Positions 26,260 to 38,955 of a stretch of 64,000 bases of DNA are shown here, piece by piece (the first letter of the stretch is position 1; each line of letters begins with the position of its first letter). Where the stretch lies: NCBI RefSeq assembly GCF_006345805.1, contig NC_043000.1, positions 158,906,001 to 158,970,000 of the forward strand, given 5' to 3'. A program made the position numbers and the translations under genes. The notes beneath the pieces were generated by a model, which had not been told where the DNA came from, made no database searches, and saw nothing but the letters and a program-made list of their open reading frames with translations. Source of the DNA: Octopus sinensis (Eukaryota).

Positions 26260-26490
26260 GGCGCTTGGTCGAGTAATGTCATGAGTTCAATACGTTTTGT
26301 CCTTGAGTAAGACACTTTATTTCCCGTTGCTCCAGTCCACTCAGCTGGTAGCATCTGTATTTCAAAGGGTCCTAATCTCTTTCACGTTGAATCACCCTGA
26401 GAACACGTGTTTGTGCAGTGCTCAGCGACTTGCGCGTTAATTTCTGATAAGCTGGAGCCCTCATCGTAACCGACAGAGTCCCTGTTCTAT
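26260..26490 (+). mobile_element. SINE related to family C (shared CTTGAGTAAGACACTTTATTTC core, different 3' half)
   Basis: Similar to 28900-29186. Confidence 0.7.
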
Positions 26491-26717
26491 GTGTGTGTAT
26501 ATATATATCGTTCAGATTTACAGAAAACAAAAGACGAAAACAGGTGAGGGAACAACAGGTAGGTGTATTAGTTTGATGCTTGGGAAGAATGGATTTATAT
26601 ATAAATATGTATACCGGAGTAAACACATAAATGTGAAACAAGGTGGAAGAAAGAGTACTCAAATACCAGTGGTAGAGTAATATGCTTTATTTAAAGCAGC
26701 AGAAAATTCAACAAAAC

Positions 26718-26755
26718 CTGTTACTCTGAGTTTCCCGTTGCCGTTCATCGGACAG
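26718..26755 (-). ncRNA. Minimal type I hammerhead-ribozyme-like motif (copy 1)
   Basis: CUGU|CCGAUGA|ACG-GCAA-CGG|GAAA|CUC-A-GAG|UA|ACAG: stem I CUGU/ACAG, core CUGAnGA with U4 changed to C, GNRA-capped stem II, GAAA, short quasi-palindromic stem III, GUA cleavage triplet. Confidence 0.6.
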
Positions 26756-26778
26756 TTTTTGCTAGAATGTCACAAAAA

Positions 26779-26816
26779 CTGTCCGATGAACGGTAACGGG
26801 AAACTCAGAGTAACAG
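26779..26816 (+). ncRNA. Minimal type I hammerhead-ribozyme-like motif (copy 2)
   Basis: CTGT CCGATGA ACG GTAA CGG GAAA CTCAGAG TA ACAG read directly on the + strand. Confidence 0.6.
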
Positions 26817-27371
26817 GTTTTGTTGAATGTTCTGCTGCTTTAAATAAAGTAAAGTATAAATATGTATATATATATATAATTTTAGATTAGTGACATTTTA
26901 ACTTCTAAATGTAAATTAACTGCAATTACTGTGGAGAAAAGTGTTCCATCTTATGATAAAATTGTGTAAAAACTTCATATCTGTCCAGTGCTTCCCAGTA
27001 TCCGAATTTCGAAATGTTGTTTTTTGGCTCTTCATCTTTCCTCAATGGGGATTATACACTGTGAAGCGACTGAGTTGCGTTATTCTGCCGCCTGGTCGAG
27101 ATAGATATAACAAAATCGACGCCAACCGGTAATCAGTAGTAAACGATCTTTAGGTTAGTTAAATAGGTTTGTTATACATTTTAGTCAAATACAGATAGGG
27201 GGAAGAAGTTGACAGATATAGTGTTTTTACACCTTTTATCATAAATGAGAATTTTTTTCACCACGGTAACTGCTGTGAATTTGCATTTACAAGTCAAAAT
27301 ATGCCACACACATATTTTAATTATCCTAAAATTTGTTTATTCCTAATCAATGTTTGGTACTGATGCTGTTA

Positions 27372-27670
27372 CATACATACATAATACATACATACATACA
27401 TACATACATACATACATACATACATACATACATGCATACTACATACATACATACATACATACATACATACATACATGCATGCATACATACATACATACAT
27501 ACATACATACATACATGCATGCATACATACATACATACATACATACATACATACATGCATGCATACATACATACATACATACATACATACATAAATACAT
27601 ACATACATACATACATACATACATGCATACATATATACATACATACATACATGCATACATACATACATAC
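27372..27670. repeat. (TACA)n/(TGCA) microsatellite
   Basis: Seen directly. Confidence 0.95.
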
Positions 27671-27971
27671 GTAGGTATATAACCAATATTGGTAGATCAC
27701 GTTGTACGTATGTAGTAGAGCATACAGCTTTATTATGCGTCCAGAAGATACGGGTCTTATGTGTATATATTTAAATAAATTTATCCGTCTGCGTGCCCGA
27801 AGATATGCAGTCTTGTATGTCAGTGTATTTTCTTGCTTGTGCTCACTCGAGAAGATATTCCACGTATATATATATGTGTGTGTGTGTGTGTTGTGTGTGT
27901 GTGTGTGTTGTGTGTGTGTGAATATGTGAGATTGAAAGAAATTCAGTGTGTATTTATGTTTTGTCTTTCAA

Positions 27972-28182
27972 GTGAGGAGCTAGCAGAATTGTTAGTACGC
28001 TGGTAAAAAAAAAAGTTTAGTGGCATTTCGTCCGTCCTAACGCCCTGAGTTCAAATTGCTCCGAGTCCGTCATTACTTTTCATCCTATCTGGGTCGATAA
28101 AATAAGTACCAGTCGGGGTCGTTGTTATCGACTATTGCTTTCCTCCCAAATTACAGGCCATGTGCTTATAGTAGAAACGATT
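27972..28182 (+). mobile_element. Diverged SINE family B
   Basis: GAGCTAGCAGAATTGTTAGTACGCTGG...CTGAGTTCAAATT...GGGTCGATAAAATAAGTACCAG. Confidence 0.75.
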
Positions 28183-28709
28183 AATTCTTCATATGGCGTC
28201 TTCATTACATTGATTTCGAGTCGCTGAGATGACTTATATTGATATTTCACAAATAAATTTCGAAGTACAATTTTTCGATTTTGCGTAAGTGAAATCTATA
28301 TGAATTAAAATAATATTTCGAACTATTTTCGCGAATGATTTTAAAATTGCAGGTGTTCTGGCTGAAATTTATCGGTGAATTTTTTTTCTCTCATTTTCAT
28401 TATCTGTGGTTATTAGCTTCAAAATTTTAATATGATAGTGGTTTATTTTTAACTTTTCTCTCTTTTTTTTTGGTAATTTGTTTGTCATTTCTCTCATTAA
28501 ATCTGGTTTTTTGTTTATATTTCTCCCTTGGAACTGATGAGGCGCAGACATCATTCCTCGAGTGTAACTACTCTTAAAAAAAAAAATTCGTTTCATATGT
28601 CTCCTGATGTAGCGATATTGATGTTAATTCTTTTAATCCCCAAATTGTATGAATTATCATCTAATGGGTAAACAATGTTTTGTCAGCTTACACTATATCT
28701 TTCCCTTCA

Positions 28710-28710
28710 T

Positions 28711-28789
<79 letters not shown>

Positions 28790-28790
28790 T
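28710..28790. repeat. (CA)n microsatellite
   Basis: Seen directly. Confidence 0.95.
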
Positions 28791-28899
28791 ATGCACACAT
28801 ATGCGAATGTACAAATATATGTATATATTTATGTATATACGTTTATATATATATATATATATGTATGTATGCACACACACATACACACATATATATATG

Positions 28900-29186
28900 A
28901 AGGCGCGTAGCATTCGCTTCATGACCGTAATGTCGTGAGCTCAATTCCCGGCAACGCTTTGTGTACTTGAGTAAGACACTTTATTTCCCGTTGATCCAGT
29001 CCACTCAACTGGCAAAAATGAGTAGTACCTGTGTTTCATTGTGTCACGGTGAATCTCCCTGAGAACTACGTTAGGCGTACACGTGTCTGTGGAGCTCTCA
29101 GCCACTTGTACGTTAATTTCACGCGCATGCTGTTCTGTGGATCGCATCAGCTGGGACCTTCGTCGTCGAAACCGACGGAGTGCTCC
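28900..29186 (+). mobile_element. SINE related to family C
   Basis: Head GAAGGCGCG..., CTTGAGTAAGACACTTTATTTCCCGTTG, 3' half similar to 26260-26490. Confidence 0.7.
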
Positions 29187-29509
29187 TCATATATTATGCA
29201 AATATATTTTTATTTTTTATGGAATATTTTCACTACATTATTCCATCATCTCGCCCTCTCCTTACCATTCCTATATTTATGAAGCCAATGAGCTTTGCAG
29301 TCATCTTGTATTTATTTTGTTATTTCAAATTATAGTCCACTGTCTCTTCCTCTCTTCCTCATTCTCTCCCTCTCTCACACTCTATCTTCCACTTTCTTTG
29401 CTTCTTGATATTCATGACAGATTATTTATTCCCAGTCCTAATAATACAATTCTGTTTGCTCCGTCCTAGCCATCAACAGCATATACGTTCATACTTTTCT
29501 ATGTATTGA

Positions 29510-29645
29510 TGCATGTATGTATGTATATACATGTACGTATGTATGCTTGTATGTATGCATGTATGCATGTATGTATATATGTATACACGCATGCATATAT
29601 GTATGTATCTATGTATGTATGCATGTATGTATGCATGTATGTAAG

Positions 29646-29679
<34 letters not shown>

Positions 29680-29745
29680 TGTATGTACGTACGTATGTAT
29701 GTATGTATGTAGGAATGAATGTATGTATCTATGTATGTGTATATT
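29510..29745. repeat. (TATG)n microsatellite
   Basis: Seen directly. Confidence 0.9.
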
Positions 29746-31159
29746 GAAAAAATAGCTAATAGGAGACCCTTGCAGGAGTGTATCATGGAAAACCGCATCA
29801 CGATATGTGCATTTGTTACTAAGCAGCTAGTGGTATCTGTTACTTTAAGAAGACTTCTCCATGCTGGAATAAAAAGCAAAATAAACCGAATTAAATTAAA
29901 TTACATTATCAGTTCCGGAATTTCACATTTTATTTCCTATCGAAATCACGAATATTGTTACCTTCCGTGGTGGCCGGATAATTGAAGTAGTAGGATACAA
30001 ATCATTTGTGGGTGGGAGATGTGACAGTAGTACTACAAAAGGCAGGGCTGCCGGTGAATTATAGCATTCTCCCATCGAGGTAGTTGGACTTGTGTTAGCA
30101 TGTAAGCTGTGGCTCCTCTATAATCTTGCAGTGTTTTTGTTGATGTTTGTTGTTTCGTTTTCTCTACAAGAATTTAGTTGTGGTTGGTATTTTGTTGTGA
30201 AAAGCAGTTCTCTGTTGATTCGTGGGCGATATCATACGATCTGGTGATGGGTAGAAAGTATGATAAATGGTTAACAGGGAAGAAACAACAGGGAAGCAAG
30301 AGAGAGGAAAAGGAAAAAGAAGAATGGGGAGTAATAGATGGCAGAAAAACTGAAAAGTAAGAAAATACTTTCAATAACTAAAATAAAAAAGGAATAGAAA
30401 GATTTTTCTCCCTTCTTTTCCCTTTTTCTTAAATTATTCTTTTGTTCTTTTTTCTTTCTTTTTATCAATCTTCTTTTTAGATTCCTCTTTCTTTTTCTTT
30501 GTCTTTTTCTGCTATCCTTTTTCCTAATCGTTCTAATTTTTCTCAAATTCTCTTTTCTCTTTTCCCTCGTGCTTCTCTCCCTTTTTTTATTTTCCCTCTT
30601 TTTCAATTATCATACTTTCCTTGAATCACCGCACGGTGTAACATACAATATGTATGTAAATATGCAAGTACCATCAATTTTCACTTATAGCTTGCCTGAG
30701 GATCGTGTGAACTAGAAGGTAAACGTCAGGGCACCAAGCGATTGACTACAAAATAATGTACATTGTTTTTGTACTATAACATGTGTAAACATTTCTCGAC
30801 ACGTAACACTAAGCTATATATATGCATATATGATATTGTTCATAATAATAATCAGGCGTTGCTGTCATCGACATTGATCCATTAAGGCTGATTTGTCTTC
30901 ACTCCCAGCATGCATCTATGTTTAGCGTTGTTGAGACAGCAAGAATGAATGGTAGTGCTCAGGTGCAGAAACCATAGTGTAACCGTTTGGCAGCTGAAGT
31001 TATGCCTCTTTGTGAATTTTTTAATGTTTTTAGGTGGCATTACTATGAGTTTTCATTGATTCCTGTAAAACCGAAAGGTTTTTGTTGATGGTTTATCTGG
31101 ATACTGGTTGATTTATTTCACAGATAATCTTAAGCTTGGATAACTTCTGGACAAGGGTT

Positions 31160-31214
<55 letters not shown>

Positions 31215-31300
31215 GTCTGTCTGTCTGTGTGTGTTTCTGTCTGTCTGTCCGCTCGGCCCTCCGTCCATCCATCCATCTCTCTCTCTCAGTCTCTCACTGC

Positions 31301-31354
<54 letters not shown>

Positions 31355-31367
31355 ATCTCTCTCTCTG

Positions 31368-31398
<31 letters not shown>

Positions 31399-32809
31399 AT
31401 ATATGCCTGTGTATATATATATATACACATGTGTGCGTTGAGGATATTGATGGGGTGGGTGGAGAGGGTGGTATCAGTGACGAGAGGACGGGAGTTGAGC
31501 CTTTGTGGTGAAAAGGAGTGAAGAGAGAAGATTGATCCCTGTTCACGGCGGATGCGGGAATCCGGATGGTCCCTATGCAAAGACAATCCGAACACAGACA
31601 GGTGTTGTAATGAATGACCGATAGAGGGGAAATGGCGCGAGTCAGGCCAAAAAATACCGAAGAAAAACCACGAGAAGGAAAAACAACAACGCGAAGACGT
31701 GGTACATGCAGGGAATTAATAAGACGTCTAGGGAAGGAAAGAGTGTTTTACGTGTCGAGCAAAGGTCTTCTTCAGAAACAGGAGACAGAGAAAAGTCCAA
31801 GAGAAAAGGAACACGGAGGAAAAAACTGCCGGCAATCCACATGTTGTTACATTATATATGTATGTATATATATATACAGAGACGTAGACAGGGACAGAGA
31901 GAATGACAGACAGACAGACAACTGGGATAGAGGGCCAGTTGTCTATATAAATACACAGAGGTGTATGTATAGTTATGTGAGTACCGGTATGTGTACAGAA
32001 GTTACGCTCGTATCGAAAATGGCTCTTGTATCCTATGTAAGCAAAGACACATTAGAAGATTCTTCATTAAATTCGTAAGAATCAACAAGAAATTTTATAG
32101 TTGCATATGTCTGCACGATAAAATGTAACAGGCTAAAGATCCCAGATTGAAATCGTATAAAACATATATGTGGAAATTGATCATTTTATTGCAGTAAACA
32201 GCTGAATATACTCCTCCCTTCTTTCACTTGCCTTAGAGATAGCTCTCTACAAACAAACAGACACCCACCATCTCAATCCAGATACACGGCATGCAAACAT
32301 AAATACATGCACACACATATATACATATATAAACACAGGCTCACACGCACACCCATTTATACACACACATATATATATATATATATTTACATATATATAT
32401 ATTTACACACACATACACACACACACGCACACACACATATATATATATATACATATATCAGTTTTAATTTATATTCATTTACGTGTACATATATTTGTGC
32501 ATGCTAATGTGAGTATGCTTGTGTGTGCGTGAATGCGTGTGTTTATATATATGTAAATATACCCAGTAGAACACAAAATAACTTCGGAATTATCATTAAA
32601 AATTTATACTCGATAAAACATTTAGATGAATGTGGCAACGTACAACGTGGGAAAACATTTTACATTTTTTGTTGTTGGTTTGTTCAGAAGAAAAGCATTA
32701 CTCCCAGACCAGCATTCATTATGAATTAAACATTCTGCATCTAGTAATATATTGTTATAACATATCTTACATATACATACACACGTAAGTTCATAAATAT
32801 CTGAGCATG

Positions 32810-32841
32810 TGTTTGTATGTATATATATATATATATTATAT

Positions 32842-32877
<36 letters not shown>

Positions 32878-33111
32878 AGATATATATATATATATATATA
32901 CATGTATATATATATACATATATATATACACACATTTTTATATACATATGTATATATGTGTATATATACCTATACATATACGTGTATATGTATATTCGTG
33001 CCTCTCTCTCTCTCTTTATACATATATATATCGATTGATGAAACTTATATATCTATATTTTATACACATCTCATAACAAATAAGCCAATGTACATACAAT
33101 TATTATTGTCA

Positions 33112-33142
<31 letters not shown>

Positions 33143-33176
33143 ATATATATATTATATATATATATATATATCTATA

Positions 33177-33221
<45 letters not shown>

Positions 33222-33240
33222 GATATATATATATATAATA
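32810..33240. repeat. (TA)n-rich tract
   Basis: Seen directly. Confidence 0.9.
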
Positions 33241-34147
33241 TAATTTATAATCGATCTCGCCCGTGTTTCCGAGTAGGCCTCTATCCGCTAACCATTATAG
33301 TTACTTCGCTACTAATGTGCTATGAAGGAGAAGCTAAATAATAATAGATAGTTAACAGTCATATAAAAATATAATCAAACTGTTGAAAGGGGGTACAGAA
33401 TGTGATAAGATATATACATACACACAGGCACATATATATTAATACAAGGCATATACAAATATAATTCAAGTACAACTAAACACATATGCATACGCACTTA
33501 TATACAATGAGAGACACAAATCGTTACAAAGAGAAAAGGAGCGACCGAACAAAAGGGCGAGAAAGAAGCAATAAGCAAAGTGAATCAGATAGAGAGACGG
33601 AGATTGAGCAAATTAAAAAGGAAGAAAAGAAATGTATAACAGCATCATTTCATGCTATAATTTGTTTCATTCATTACATTACATGGTGTTTATTATTTCA
33701 TTTATTTGTATATTAATTGTATGCTCTTTTGTTTTTTTCTGTTTTCAGTTTTCTTTTTTTTGTAGTATATCATTGTTATGCTTAATACTGAAACAATTAA
33801 TACTTTACGCATTAATAAAATATACATTAATAATTTTAATGTAAAATGTTGACTTGGCTCGGTAGTTGATTTTAGCCATACGTAGCTAATACTGACGCAG
33901 ATCGTTCGTATTGTTAATACACACAAAAAGCTACGCAGGACTGCAAGCATATTTGTATGTATGTATGTATGTATGTATGTATGTATGTATGTATGTATGT
34001 ATGTATGTATGTATGTTGTATGTATGTATGCATGTGTGTATGTATGTATGAGTGAGTATGTATGTATGTATGTATGTATGTATGTATGCATGTATGTATG
34101 TATGTATGTATGTGTATGTATGTATGTATATATGTATGTATGGATGA

Positions 34148-34429
34148 GTGACAACCTGGTCACTGGTGGTGGTGTAACACACCATACAAATCATATTTGT
34201 CGGGCATGTGGAAGAGAGTGTAATTCGGCAGGATGACTTAAACGACATGCAAAGGTACATGAAGCGCAGTTACAACTACGGCCGGCTATTACCGGTAAAG
34301 GTTTTAGTTGCCAATTCTGTACAAGACATTGTAGATCTTTGGCTGGGCTAAAAAGTCACATTCGATCACAGCACCAGTAACAGTTAAGCTTCGTGCAATG
34401 ACCATACTCGATAACGAGGAGGCAGCCAT
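34148..34429 (+). mobile_element. 5'-truncated LINE 3' end (RTE-like) encoding two C2H2 zinc fingers, inside a (TATG)n array
   Basis: One frame reads HICRACGRECNSAG*LKRHAKVH-EAQLQLRPAITGKG-FSCQFCTRHCRSLAGLKSHIRSQHQ* (stop ending 34380). A short UTR with hairpin CTCG-ATAA-CGAG follows. (TATG)n on both sides. Confidence 0.7.
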
Positions 34430-34446
34430 AATAATATGTATGTATG

Positions 34447-34478
<32 letters not shown>

Positions 34479-34949
34479 TGTATGCATGTATGTATGAGTG
34501 AGTATGTGTGTTTGGGTGTGTTTTGTGAGTATGTCATTGAACACTTATATTTGTTCATAATATCCATGTTCGTTGTGACTGTAGTTATTTGTAGAAACAC
34601 AATTTATGAAGTCGGTGTTTGTAGCCATTATCTCACTTTCTAGTCATTACCTCACTCAGCCCAACATTGTTTTTAATAAGTGACGATGAAAAAATATAAG
34701 TATTTGCAGCCAGGGTTTATATGTTGAGTTTGATAACTTACTACTTGTTACATCAAAATAAATGTGTCTAATATAAATATCTAGATGAAATATTTTCATC
34801 ATAAATTGATAACATAAATGAATATTATAGTGTGACCACCTTGATGCATTATACCACTTATTTGTTATATATGTATATATATATATATATATATAATATA
34901 TATATATATATATCTGTGTGTGTGTGCGTGCGCGTGTGTGTGTGTGTGT

Positions 34950-35150
34950 GTGACCACCCTCCCACCATCGCTTCATAACCGATATTGGTGTGTTGACATT
35001 CCCGTAACCTAGCGGTTTGGCAAAATGGACCGATAGAATGAAGTACTTGGCTTAGAATGAATAAGTCCTGGGGTCAATTTGTTCGATTAAACGCGTTGCT
35101 CCAGCATAGTGGCCGTCAAATGACTGAAACAAGTAACAAATAAAAGAATA
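34950..35150 (+). mobile_element. 3' half of a SINE family A relative
   Basis: CCCGTAACCTAGCGGTTTGGCAAAA...GAATAAGTCCTGGGGTC...CAAATGACTGAAACAAGTAA. Confidence 0.8.
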
Positions 35151-35153
35151 AAA

Positions 35154-35237
<84 letters not shown>

Positions 35238-35260
35238 TACATATATATATAATAACGCGA

Positions 35261-35490
35261 AGGCGGCGAGCTGGCAGAATCGTTAGCACGCCGGGCGAAA
35301 TGCGTAGCCGTATTTCGTCTGCCGTTACGTTCTGTGTTCAAATGTCGCCAAGGTCGAATTTGCCTTTCATGCTTTCAGGGTCGATTAAATAAGTACCAGT
35401 TACGCACTGGGGTCGATGTAATCGACTTCATCTCTTTGTCTGTCCTTGTTTCTCCCCTCTATGTTTAGCCCCTTGTGGGCAGTAAAGAAA
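35261..35490 (+). mobile_element. Full-length SINE family B
   Basis: AGGCGGCGAGCTGGCAGAATCGTTAGCACGCCGGGCGAAATG...GCCTTTCAT.CTTTC.GGGTCGATTAAATAAGTACCAG...CCCCTTGTGGGCAGTAAAGAAA; many copies in the window. Confidence 0.9.
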
Positions 35491-37285
35491 TATATATATA
35501 TATATAACAACAACAACAATAATAAAAATAATTATAATAATAGTAAATAATACATATATATATATATATATATGCATGTATATATGGGTACTGGACGTCA
35601 CGACTGGGCAAACAACCAGCATGAAATACGTAAACAAGCGAGTTAAATACATAAATAACAAGAGAAAAATGGAAGACAGGACAAGTGAACACAGAGGAAC
35701 GACACTTCAACTGTCGGCTGTCCATCTATTCCTCATTTTGATCATACACACACACACACACACATATATATATAAATACCAGCATATATTTCGACAACTT
35801 TGTGTGTGTGAAATATATAGGCGTGTGCTGAACATTTTGTTAAGGTTAAGAGAAATGATTTATAATTCTAAATATTATTATTTGCATAAGAACGATAAAT
35901 GGAAATTTATCCCACGCGAGAAAGTGATACATAAATTAGATTTCCTGACATTTTCTGACAACAGGTATCAATCAATAAGCGATCATCTCCACTGACTTCA
36001 TATAATGCAACTAAGTCAGATATTGCATTAACGTCTTTCGCATGGCATTATCGGAGTAAATGAAATAAACCCAATAGACTGGCTGGTAGTCAGTTTGTCG
36101 ACAGCTCATCACTTAACGGTAGCTCATTACTTGACGCTAGCTCATCACTTAACAGCGATTGCTAAATAATAGCGTAGTTTAACATATTAATACAGCAATA
36201 AATATGATATAGATTGCTAACTGACACTCAGTATTTTGGTGAAATCTGTAAACATTGATTATGTAATCCATAATGCGTCGTTTGCACTTAGTAACTATTC
36301 GTTGGCCGTTCCATCCAACATCTGCTGTCTACTATTGTAGGATATACAATGTATCTTATATCAAATGAAATTGTAAAATCATTATTTGTCTTGAAGATAA
36401 TAGCAGACACTATATAAACTATATTTATTTTACGAAAACTATGCAATAATACGGCTTGACTTAACCGGAAATTATTGTAGTTTGTCGAGTTGTCTTCATT
36501 TAAAGGTGGAAATGTTTGCACTTCTCTAAGATTATTGAGTTATAAAAGTAAGAAGAAAAATATTTTTCTGGTATCACACCAGCCGCGTCATCATAAAATA
36601 GCATGGTAAATGCAGTAAAGCTTTAAATGAAAAAACAGGGAGTTTACAGCTGGAAAATCGTTAATGATGCGTAATCTCGTTCTTCCAGTGTTTAACTCCC
36701 CGGTGTTTTTACGTCACTTTCTAGCGACTTTTTCAAAGATTACTATCAATAGGTTATTATCAATGATAATACAAATCAATTAGGGAGCTGCTATGAGTCT
36801 CTTGACATGCTAGAAATGGCCGTAAAATTTCCCCCAATTCAAACTCTACTCTCTTCAAAACGAAGGATACACGATCAGCGATAAGTCTGAGACTAAATAA
36901 TTGAAAGAAACGAGCTACATGTTAAATATACACACGTTTGGTTCTTCCATATGCCATGTAACGAGTTGCAAAAAGGATTAGCTGAAATCAACCACGCATC
37001 GAGTTGAGAATACGAACTATAAATGAATTTAGAAAAATAAAATTATAAGATATCAGCTAATATTTTCTCTGTACATAGGAAATTAGGAAAGGATCTCACA
37101 TAATAGTATGATAGATACTGAAGTTATTCAGACTAGTCTTTTTTTCGTAGCATCATACTAAAATAATTGTAATCTATTCAGAAGTCTTACATTATACCAC
37201 AGGTTATGCAGAAAGTTATATAAATTTTACAAGTGTACAGAGTATGTTACTGTAGGTATAGAGATCTAAATATTATTCCTTTATA

Positions 37286-38955
37286 TCTCTCTATATATAA
37301 GACAGAGTTTGTGTGTGTATGTGCGCACGCACATGCGCTTATGTTCCTTATTGATTCGAAAACTAAGCTGCTGAATTTGACGTATGAGGTATCAAAAGAT
37401 TCAGCAATCTATTGGCTCCCCAAACAAAGTCGGTTTTGGGCATCACAACACATTTTTACTATTAAATTAACCTCAAAAACGAAGTCGGGTGGCACAATTT
37501 TTAGGTCTTTTCGGGGTATTTTCTATTTCATTCTAAAGTTTCATTTTGTCCGATGTTTCTCTCATGCGTAGAATTCCACTGACATACCGCACGTAAAAAT
37601 ATCAAACTACCACTACAAAACACGACATGCTACAAACAACACCTACACAACATTATTTCTGAGAAAACTTGTATGCTTTCAAAATAGCTAAAAATTCCGA
37701 GTTTTTACATTTTTGAAAGCGGGAAGGTGACAGGTGATGAGGTTGTGGAAGCATAATTGAGTGCTTATTTTAGAAAACTTTTAAAAATTAAATTTTTCTT
37801 AAAGATTTGTAATCTCTGTATTTCTGTACGTGGATTAAAAAAATCCGAAAAAGTTCACAGTTAAACAATTGGGGTGGTGAGGGGGAAATTCGTACTGAAG
37901 TTATTTTTACATACCTTTCTTCATTAGAAAAGAAGACAAACATGAACAATACTGCCAAATTTGGAGTACACCCATGATTGTTAAACCACCAACAAGTATG
38001 TAGGGGTACTCCTGCCAGACAAACATTTATGAAAATGTACACCTAAGCAGTGTGTTAAAATAAGTCGTAACCAAAAACACTTAATTAAAATACATCCATT
38101 TCTCTATATGTTTTGAGGAAATATACTCAGGTGGGGGCTATATCTGAAGGTATGCCATCTTTGAATGGTAAGTAAGTCGAAATTAATTTGCCCCTAATTT
38201 GGTAGGCAACGTCTCCCACTGCACTTTACTGCTTCCGCTGACAGAGTGGCATTATCTCCCTCTCTTTCAATTTGTCATATGGAGACCCTATGGAGACATT
38301 ATGTTGTTAACAACATGCCACAACTTCATTAACTTCATCGATATAGGACCTCGATTTCATTTCATTTTTTTATACGTTTTGCTATCAATTTTATAGATAA
38401 TTACAAACATAGTCTGCAAGGATAACTTATGTTAATACAATATTTATGTGCACAGTTTCATACATGTTTCTCGGGTGCACCAACCCTACAAATACGCGTG
38501 CACACATCTTCACGACTTTGCGATCAGAGCTGAAAGATTTTTCTTGGTAATCCACGGAGTAAACAACAGAGACTACGAATCTTTACAAATTTTATTCTTT
38601 CTTTTTCTAAAAGAAACACTAAAATCTCCCTCCCCAACATCCATCCATTACCTCACCATTTTCAAAAAGCTAAAAAAAAGATCCAGTATTTCACTATTAG
38701 CTTTTACGAAAGCTGGGAAGCTTCTTCAGTAATAATGTCGCTTACTTGCTGTTTCTAGCATGTTGGGTTTTCTGGTGGTGGACTGATATTTTTTTCGCCT
38801 GCTATTATTTCAGTTCAATTCCATGCATGCGTGAAACATCCGACGACAGTGAAACATTGAGAGTTTGTAGTCGATTTTGCCCAGAAGAAAATAAGAAAAT
38901 AATACAATGTGGCTGTCGGTGGTAACACCTGGGCAACGCCAGGATGCACTCGTAG
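37286..38955 (+). mobile_element. Probable non-autonomous Helitron
   Basis: 5' A|TCTCTCTATATATAA start. 3' hairpin CCTGG-GCAACG-CCAGG (38928-38943) lies ~9 nt before a CTRR-like GTAG|T end. Pairing of the two ends is inferred. Confidence 0.55.

Larger units (their letters stand above)
26605..26849. mobile_element. Fold-back element, probably a Penelope-type terminal repeat with inverted partial duplication
   Basis: 77-bp arms 26685-26761 and 26773-26849 with 2 mismatches and an 11-nt spacer. Each arm encodes a hammerhead-like motif. PLE assignment is inferred from the motif type. Confidence 0.7.

Noticed and set aside
28534-28570. CTGATGA hammerhead core
   Set aside because: No GAAA after a plausible stem II
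34148-34380. Host C2H2 zinc-finger gene
   Set aside because: In-frame stop, no TGEKP linker, no splice signals, and an abrupt start inside a microsatellite
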